Source: Candidatus Hodarchaeota archaeon (GTDB lineage Archaea; Asgardarchaeota; Heimdallarchaeia; Hodarchaeales; Hodarchaeaceae). From it: 14,008 bases of DNA. Each line of letters starts with the position of its first letter. Within the stretch, counting starts at the first letter, position 1. Shown piece by piece: positions 7,826 through 14,008 of the stretch. The stretch spans positions 1 through 14,008 of the forward strand of contig JAEOTQ010000240.1 of the NCBI GenBank assembly GCA_016839785.1. Reading direction: 5' to 3'. The translations under genes and the position numbers were made by a program. The notes under the pieces are model-generated. The model had not been told where the DNA came from. It saw only the letters and a list, made by a program, of their open reading frames with translations, and ran no database searches.

Positions 7826-9253
7826 TTACGCATATGTCTCGGCCAGTGAAATCCCCCAACGGACAAAATCTTTCGCACTGGAAATCTTATAATAAAACTT
7901 GACTCCAGGATCTTGTGTGATCATGTCTATTTGGCGACCAAAGGGTTTAAACCACTTATTGGGTAATTTGAGATGGCCAAAATAGTAATAGGGGACCTGA
8001 TCTTCCTGAAAAAATACATCTACTTTAGGAAAGGTTAAGAGGTTATTAATCCATGGGGTCTCAGTGTCTTCGGTAGAAATAAAGAAGAAAACACTTGAAT
8101 CCAGCGCAACATTGAAATATTGAGATGTATTTACTAAAAGCTTCTCCTCAGAATATTCCTGCAAGCGTTTGGAAACTTCAGGGCGAGAAACATTAACCAC
8201 TTGGCCTAACTGTGTGATACTCTCAGGTGTCCCCTTGGTAGATAGAAAGTCAATAATCTTAATATCGGCGAGAGTGAGGGGCCGAAAGAATTTATCAGGA
8301 GGAATCAGGGAGAACCCTACATCAGGACTGGGTTGGATGGTAAACACCTCGGAATCTATTTTTACAAAAGGCGCGGGGTCTCGCCATCTCTCCACCCCAC
8401 TCACTAGTTGCGAGAGGTTCCACGAAGAGACACGATGAGTCATCTGTTGGTGAGACAACAACTCGAGATGGTCTTGAAGTCCGTTAATGACACGTGGTTT
8501 CTTGTAAGGAATATGTACAATACTAAATTTCCCCACCGTGAGGTCTGTCGAGAGGAGTAAGTATTGTTTATACTCTTCAGGAAAGGAATTAGAATGAATG
8601 AGTAGTGTAGTTTCATACCCCAAACGTGCCATATCGACAAAATTAATCTGTTGCAACATTTGTAAAAGACCAATCATTCCCATCCTTCTAGAGACAGTTT
8701 TAGTGGATATACCAAGCTGAGTGGCAAGTTCTGCTTTGCTTATTTCTTTATAGATAGGCCTATTTTTGATTTGATTGGCTTTTAAGAGAACAATATCCAT
8801 TTCATCTAGAGGGATTACAAAGTTCGTCACTTTAGGAACTAGGTACTCAAATAACGCTTCTTTTTCACCTTTGATCTGTTTTGATAGTATCTGTTTTACA
8901 AACAGTTCCAGAGACTGTTTTTTATAATTACAAATCTCATAGACAATTAATTTCAAAGGAAATAAATAACCTCCCCTCATTCTCCATTTTAACACAAAGG
9001 AGAGGTATCTCTTGAACCATCCCTTCACAAATTCCAGGTATTCCTCCTCTTTATACTTTTCATAAAAAGGGAGAGTGTAAGAAGTCTCCACATCCTTCAA
9101 AATGTCTTTGATGTCTTCTAATGATGATCCTTTTGCTTTCTCATGAATTGCCTGCCAAAACTCAAGAAAATCCAACACAAACGGTTCGACAGAATATTCT
9201 GTAGTATTCTTCTTGAGCAATTCTAGAGACTGAAGGGAATTTTGATTAGTCAT
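7826..9253 (-). CDS. Double Lrp/AsnC-like winged-helix regulator, paralog 2
   Basis: Contains LDEMDIVLLKA...ISKAELATQLGISTKTVSRRM...DMARLGYETTL and LTLADIKIIDFL...VSRPEVSKRLQEY. The start is placed at ATG 9253 from paralog alignment and the conserved upstream promoter. Confidence 0.82.
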   Translation of the reverse strand: MTNQNSLQSLELLKKNTTEYSVEPFVLDFLEFWQAIHEKAKGSSLEDIKDILKDVETSYTLPFYEKYKEEEYLEFVKGWFKRYLSFVLKWRMRGGYLFPLKLIVYEICNYKKQSLELFVKQILSKQIKGEKEALFEYLVPKVTNFVIPLDEMDIVLLKANQIKNRPIYKEISKAELATQLGISTKTVSRRMGMIGLLQMLQQINFVDMARLGYETTLLIHSNSFPEEYKQYLLLSTDLTVGKFSIVHIPYKKPRVINGLQDHLELLSHQQMTHRVSSWNLSQLVSGVERWRDPAPFVKIDSEVFTIQPSPDVGFSLIPPDKFFRPLTLADIKIIDFLSTKGTPESITQLGQVVNVSRPEVSKRLQEYSEEKLLVNTSQYFNVALDSSVFFFISTEDTETPWINNLLTFPKVDVFFQEDQVPYYYFGHLKLPNKWFKPFGRQIDMITQDPGVKFYYKISSAKDFVRWGISLAETYA

Positions 9254-9273
9254 TGGATTGTTCAATGACTAGT

Positions 9274-9299
9274 TTTGGAGATTTTTAAAATGACCCAAA
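9274..9299 (-). promoter_or_regulatory. TATA-like box within a dyad, promoter of paralog 2
   Basis: TTTGG-AGAT-TTTTAAAA-TGAC-CCAAA. The TATA-like core is about 29-37 nt upstream of ATG 9253, and the region aligns without gaps to the one upstream of paralog 3. Confidence 0.6.
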
Positions 9300-9310
9300 T
9301 TTTTCCTCTC

Positions 9311-9337
9311 TCATGAATAAGTTTCTGCAAGAATGAT
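9311..9337 (-). pseudogene. Stranded 3' stub of a further paralog (IILAETYS*)
   Basis: The minus strand reads ATC ATT CTT GCA GAA ACT TAT TCA TGA, matching the family C-terminus (ISLAETYS* in paralog 3). The LAETYS* part differs only at third codon positions. Confidence 0.6.
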
Positions 9338-9491
9338 TCTAATATTCGAAAGGTAACCAAAAGTGCCATTTTTTCGAAAACTGTGTCACTAAATGGTTTA
9401 TGACGAAAAAAAAACTTATACCAGATCACTATAATTTGTATCTTTTCAACTGGTTTTTATTGACTTGAGCAGTTCTATTTTGTCGGGTTTC
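9333..9491. repeat. Conserved intergenic element, copy 2
   Basis: Direct repeat of 7586-7745 at an offset of 1746-1747 bp. It includes identical blocks GAAAGGTAACCAAAAGTGCCATTTTTTCGAAAA (33 bp) and ATTTTGTCGGGTTTC (15 bp). Confidence 0.92.
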
Positions 9492-9619
9492 ATTTATAGC
9501 AAAAAAAATGAAATTATTAGGATATGATGCATAAGAGGCCTTAGTACTTTCTAAAATACCTAAGGTGACCTCTAGAAATGGTTCATCTATTCCAGATCTC
9601 ATCCAATAGCCGTTTCTGC

Positions 9620-11050
9620 TCACGAATACGTCTCTGCGAGTGAAATCCCCCACCTGACAAAATCTGCCGCACTAGCGATTTTATAGTAGAATTTAATTTC
9701 AGAATCTTGTTTTATTAAGTCCACTTGCCGAGCAAAGGATTTAAGCCATTTATTGGGCAGTTTGAGAAAACCAAAATAGTAGTAGGGTCTGTCTTTCTTT
9801 TGGTAAAAGACATCAACTCTTGGAAACGATAAGAGGTTTTGAACCCATGGTTGATCACGGTTCTGTGTGGAAATAAAGAAGAGAAGAGACAAATCCAACC
9901 CAATTTTGTAATAAGAATACATTAACACTAACAGCTTCTCTTCAGAATACTCCTGCAACCTATTAGAAACTTCAGGACGAGAAATATCAATTTCTTGACT
10001 CAATTCACCAATGGTCTCAAAACTTCCCTTTAACGAAATAAAATCGATGATCTTAATATCCGCAGGGGTAAGGGGCCGAAATAGTATAGATGGAGGGACC
10101 AGGGAAAACTCCAAGTCAGGACTGGGGTGGAAAACCTTGGGTTCACCGTATAACGATGATGGGGGTTCTCGCCACCTCTCCTCTCCGCTGGCAAGTTGGG
10201 AGAGATTCCACGAGGAGACGCGTCTGGTCATCTGCTGATGTGTTAATAATTCAAGCCTGTCGTGGAGTTCAGCAGTTAAGCGGGGATTATTGAGGGGTAT
10301 TTGGACTATGCTGAATCTTCCTGCGGTTAGATCTGTGGAGAACAGTAGATATCTATTATATTCCTCTGGAAAGGGGTTTGAATGGATCAAAAGTGTCGTT
10401 TCGTAGCCCAAGCGTGCCATATCACAAAAACTCACCTGAGTCACCATTTGCAAAAAGTCTATTGTCTTCATTCTTCTAGCAAACGTCTTGGTAGACATTT
10501 TTAGGTGCCTTGCGAACTCCAGTCTACTTGGTTTTTTAAATACAGAAGTGGTGTGTTTTGCTATGACTTGAAGAGATTTCAGAATTGATACATTTACGTC
10601 GTCTAGAGGGATTAAAAAATTGTTTAGGAGGGGAAATAGATATTCGTATAATGCCTCTGTGTTGCCTTGGATTTCTTTAACCAGAATTTTTTTGGTAAAC
10701 GTTTCTAACGCCATTTTCTTATGATGGCAGATTTCGTAGGCTACTAAATCCGATGGAAACAAATTCCTTCCTCGTGTTCGCCACTTTAATGTTATCGACA
10801 GATAGTATTTGAACCACGCCTCAGTAAGTTCAATAGATCCTTTTTCTTTGTGTTTATGATAAAACGGGAGAGTGTAATTATCACGTATGTCTTCCAAAAT
10901 CTCTCTGATGTCATCTAAAGAGGAGCTCTTCGCAGTTTCGTGAATATACTCCCATATCTCAAGAAAGTCGAGTACAAACGGCTCAATCTGGAAATCCTCG
11001 GATTTTTTTCGTAAAATCTCAAGTATTAAAGTTTGATTGTCAATAGTCAT
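9620..11050 (-). CDS. Double Lrp/AsnC-like winged-helix regulator, paralog 3
   Basis: Same architecture as the others (MSTKTFARRM...DMARLGYETTL; LTPADIKIIDFI...ISRPEVSNRLQEY; WGISLAETYS). The start is placed at ATG 11050 by alignment, which also removes the overlap with the divergent gene. Confidence 0.82.
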   Translation of the reverse strand: MTIDNQTLILEILRKKSEDFQIEPFVLDFLEIWEYIHETAKSSSLDDIREILEDIRDNYTLPFYHKHKEKGSIELTEAWFKYYLSITLKWRTRGRNLFPSDLVAYEICHHKKMALETFTKKILVKEIQGNTEALYEYLFPLLNNFLIPLDDVNVSILKSLQVIAKHTTSVFKKPSRLEFARHLKMSTKTFARRMKTIDFLQMVTQVSFCDMARLGYETTLLIHSNPFPEEYNRYLLFSTDLTAGRFSIVQIPLNNPRLTAELHDRLELLTHQQMTRRVSSWNLSQLASGEERWREPPSSLYGEPKVFHPSPDLEFSLVPPSILFRPLTPADIKIIDFISLKGSFETIGELSQEIDISRPEVSNRLQEYSEEKLLVLMYSYYKIGLDLSLLFFISTQNRDQPWVQNLLSFPRVDVFYQKKDRPYYYFGFLKLPNKWLKSFARQVDLIKQDSEIKFYYKIASAADFVRWGISLAETYS

Positions 11051-11070
11051 TTTATTAATCATTGAATGTT

Positions 11071-11096
11071 TTAGGATATTTTTAAAATAATCCAAA
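11071..11096 (-). promoter_or_regulatory. TATA-like box within a dyad, promoter of paralog 3 (possibly bidirectional)
   Basis: GGATATTTTTAAAATAATCC (11074-11093) is 16/20 self-complementary and lies at the same distance from the ATG as in paralog 2. Confidence 0.6.
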
Positions 11097-11191
11097 ATTT
11101 TAGAACCAAATAATGGGTGAAAAAGAGAAGACTTTTTTCTAACTCTATTCACTGGGATTCCACTCCTCCGACTGTCCGTAAGGGATTATTC

Positions 11192-12550
11192 ATGAAAATA
11201 TGGTCTCATTCGGAACTAGACTTTCTGAAAAAGAACGTTGAATCAATGACTTACGAGCAATTATCCCGACGTCTAGGGAGAACACCTGCCGCTATTGCGA
11301 CCAAAGTACGGGCTCTCAACTTACGGTCATTCTCAGAGCTTAGTGAACAGCAGTCTCGTTGGACTGAGGATGATCTCACATTCTTGCAAGAGCATTATCC
11401 TAGCTTGAATATGGATGAATTAGTACTTCATCTCCATCGTTCTCCTGCTGCTATTAATCGTAAAGCAAGGCATCTTCAGTTATACAAAGAGATAAGGAAT
11501 CCGTGGACAGAGACAGAAGTTTCATACTTGAAAGAACACTACACCAGTCAGACTGCTGAAGAACTCGCTCAAGACCTTAACAGATCCATCAAGTCTGTTA
11601 AAAGTAAGATTAAAAGAATGGATTTGCAAAAATGGAAGTGGACAGAGGAAGAAAATAACTACATTAAGAAAAATTACCAGATCGAACCACTCTCTACATT
11701 GACCCAATTTTTGGATCGGACCCCTGAAGCAATTGTACAACAGGCAAAAAGATTGAAAGTCCACAAAAAACCAAAACGGTGGACTAAAGAGGAAACAAAG
11801 TTACTGTTGAACAATTATCACATCATGACTCAAAAAGAGTTATCAACACTTCTGGAATATTCAGGTCGAGAAATAGAATCAAGAGCAAAGGATTTAGGAT
11901 TGCATTGGACAAATGAGGAAATTGCTCACCTCGAAGAACACTACAAATCATTTAGCGTTGAAGAGCTTGCCCAACAATTAAACAAACCTGTTATGGCAAT
12001 TAGGAGGAAGAAAGGGGAGTTAAACCTACAGGATGTCAAGAAGTGGACTGATAACGACACAGAATTTGTCAAAAAGAACTATAACGTAATGAGTATCAGT
12101 GAACTGAGTAAGAGGTTAGGTTTTGGGAAAAGTACTGTAAGAGATCACCTAAATGAGCTGATGCGAACACAAGAATTAGTCCCCAGTGACAAGGAGACAC
12201 GAAAGCAACAACAAGAAGAAAGGCAATATGAAAGGAAGAAAACTCTTCGAGAAAAAATTGGTTCACTAATACCAACAATGAAGAGTCAAGATCCCACGAT
12301 AGTTGTACCAACACACGATAAGGCGCTAGATGTTGCAGAGGATCTTTTCACCCACCCTAACTTCAAGTATTATGGAGAATCTAAATTTGATATTCTATCG
12401 CTGGCGATAATTGCTCAAGCGTTCTTTGAAGTAACCCGTTCAAATCGCCTTCCCTTTGATTTACCACTTAAAACCAGACGAAATGTTCTGAAAATGAGAC
12501 AACGATTACAGAAACTCTTGGGGTATAATTCAAAAGGGGGGGATTATTGA
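11192..12550 (+). CDS. Protein with seven tandem Myb/SANT-like HTH repeats and a helical C-terminal domain
   Basis: Seven repeats of about 42-53 aa with consensus W(T/S)xxExxxLxxxYxxxxxxELxxxLx(R/K)xxxxIxxxxxxLxL. ATG 11192 sits just before repeat 1; the ORF-track start at 11117 is a GTG extension. Confidence 0.85.
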   Translation: MKIWSHSELDFLKKNVESMTYEQLSRRLGRTPAAIATKVRALNLRSFSELSEQQSRWTEDDLTFLQEHYPSLNMDELVLHLHRSPAAINRKARHLQLYKEIRNPWTETEVSYLKEHYTSQTAEELAQDLNRSIKSVKSKIKRMDLQKWKWTEEENNYIKKNYQIEPLSTLTQFLDRTPEAIVQQAKRLKVHKKPKRWTKEETKLLLNNYHIMTQKELSTLLEYSGREIESRAKDLGLHWTNEEIAHLEEHYKSFSVEELAQQLNKPVMAIRRKKGELNLQDVKKWTDNDTEFVKKNYNVMSISELSKRLGFGKSTVRDHLNELMRTQELVPSDKETRKQQQEERQYERKKTLREKIGSLIPTMKSQDPTIVVPTHDKALDVAEDLFTHPNFKYYGESKFDILSLAIIAQAFFEVTRSNRLPFDLPLKTRRNVLKMRQRLQKLLGYNSKGGDY

Positions 12551-13982
12551 TATGTCTCTTCTAACGAGATCCCCCACCTAGCAAAGTCCACACTACTAGC
12601 AATCTTATAATAAAACTTAATTCCCGAGTCTTGTGTTAGGATATCTACTTGGCGTGCAAAAGGTTTGAGCCATTTAGTAGGTATTTTCAAAAGGCCAAAA
12701 TAATAGTGAGGTTTATCTGTATCTTGGTAGAATACGTAAACATTCGGAAAGGCTAGGAAGCTCTGGATCCAAGGAATTTCAGTGTATTTTGTCGAAACGA
12801 AAAAAAATACTGTAGTATCTAAACCAATATTCGAAAAAGAAAATATTCTTCTAAATAGATTTTCGTTTGAATATTCCAATAATCGCTTAGAGACTTCTGG
12901 TCGGGAGACCTGGATTTCTTGACTTAATTGCGAGATGGTAGCCATGCTTCCTTTTATTGAAATAAAATCAAGAATTCTAATATCTGCAGGAGTGAGGGGG
13001 CGAAATAAGTTGTCAGAAGGAGTTAAGGAGAACTCCGCGTCAGGACTCGGTCGGATGATGGCTGTCGTATGACCTCCATGCAAAGAAGGGACAGGATCCT
13101 GCCACCGATCAAGATCAATGGTGAGCTTTGCTAGATTCCATGAATAAACACGCCGAGTCATCTGTTGACTGGTCAACAATTCCAGTTTTTCGTGGATTTT
13201 AGAGATTTCTTGAGATTTTTTGAACGGTATCTGAGTAATACTAAATCTGCTCACTTTCAAATCGGTTGAGAGATATAAGAAATGCTTAAACTCCTCAGGA
13301 AAGGGATTAGAATGAGTGAGAAGGGTCGTTTCATATCCAAGCTGCGCCATATCGATGAAGCTTAATTGTGCCATCAGTTGCAATAAATCATGCCTTCTCA
13401 ATCTCCGAGTGACTGTTTTGAGTGATATGTTCATCCGAGTGGCGAAGTCTTTTTTTGGCGTCGAGTAATTAGAAGGATTGAGTTTATTCAAGGCCAGATG
13501 AGATCTAAAAAAGAGAATGTCTGTCTCATCTAAGGGAATCAAGAAATGCTGGAGTATTGGTAATAAAAACTCAAATAAAGATTCAATTTCCCCCTTAATC
13601 TCCTTAGTAAGAATTTTTTGAGTGAACAGTCGTAAAATGTTCTTTTCATGATGAGATAACTCATAAGCGATTAATTTTAGAGGGAATAATTGGTGTCCTC
13701 TCGTCCTCCACTTGATTACAATTGACTGAAATGCTTTGACCCAATTTTCATAAAACTCCAGACAATCTTCATCTTTGTATTTTACAAAAGATCCCTATAA
13801 AATGGAAGTGTATGGGAGTGCTTCAAATCCTTTAAAATATCTTCAAGGTCATCCAAGGAGGAGTTCTTCGCCTTCTCATGGATCACCTGCCAGATTTCCA
13901 GAAAATCCAACACAAACGGCTCGATATGGTACTCCTGCGGGTGTTGCTTGAGTCCCTCCAGTATTTCATTTGTCCTAGTCAT
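12544..13982 (-). pseudogene. Double Lrp/AsnC-like regulator, paralog 4, frameshifted
   Basis: The N-terminal part (ATG 13982 to TLPFY) stops at 13782. Homology resumes in another frame (KYKDEDCLEFYENW...KWRTRGHQLFPLKLIAYE) and stays open to 12544. There are 14 nt (13783-13796) where the paralogs have one codon. Confidence 0.85.
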
Positions 13983-14008
13983 TATAATCACAAATAAGTC
14001 TCTGCTAA

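Noticed and set aside
7586-9491. CRISPR repeats, IS ends, or a C/D-box sRNA as the explanation for the duplicated element
   Set aside because: There are only two direct copies 1.75 kb apart, with no spacer array, transposase or target duplication. The TGATGA at 7651 is not kept in copy 2 and has no nearby CTGA.
11051-11191. Extended N-termini from the ORF track (starts at 11152 and 11117)
   Set aside because: They would overlap head to head across a conserved promoter and have no counterpart in the paralogs or repeats.
5551-12314. Short ORFs inside the regulator and Myb-repeat genes (5551-5751, 8169-8438, 8440-8673, 9715-9903, 10011-10238, 10090-10293, 11522-11764, 12096-12314) and 9429-9653
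   Set aside because: These are shadow frames of real genes. The similarity between 8169-8438 and 10011-10238 only reflects paralogy on the opposite strand. 9429-9653 overlaps paralog 3 and is interrupted in element copy 1.
13782-13800. Programmed -1 ribosomal frameshift in paralog 4
   Set aside because: There is no canonical X XXY YYZ slippery heptamer in the short window between the -1 frame TAG and the 0 frame TAA, and the other paralogs are uninterrupted here.
5022-13982. Siroheme decarboxylase (AhbAB/NirDL-type fused Lrp-like enzyme)
   Set aside because: The HxYxR-type motif expected in that family is not evident, there are no tetrapyrrole genes nearby, and the proteins carry an extra N-terminal domain.

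Overview
This AT-rich window looks archaeal, possibly Asgard/Heimdallarchaeia-like; that is inferred from TATA-like boxes about 30 nt before start codons, oligo-T gene ends and large double-Lrp regulators. The left part (1-4.9 kb) holds a luxE-luxC-like carboxylate reductase pair with no luxAB or luxD, followed by small hypothetical genes: an 8-Cys protein, an SCO5918-like domain, a coiled coil and an unannotated 52-aa hydrophobic ORF. The right part (5-14 kb) is almost entirely predicted DNA-binding proteins. It has four ~480-aa paralogs, each with an unknown N-terminal helical domain plus two Lrp/AsnC-like modules; one is broken by a net 11-nt insertion. It also has a three-gene operon ending in a winged-helix regulator and a protein with seven Myb/SANT-like repeats. 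Non-coding structure includes a 160-bp element present twice and more conserved than the neighbouring paralogs, a conserved dyad-symmetric promoter upstream of two paralogs, and a stranded 3' stub (LAETYS*) of a probable fifth paralog. No rRNA, tRNA, CRISPR array or transposase was recognised.
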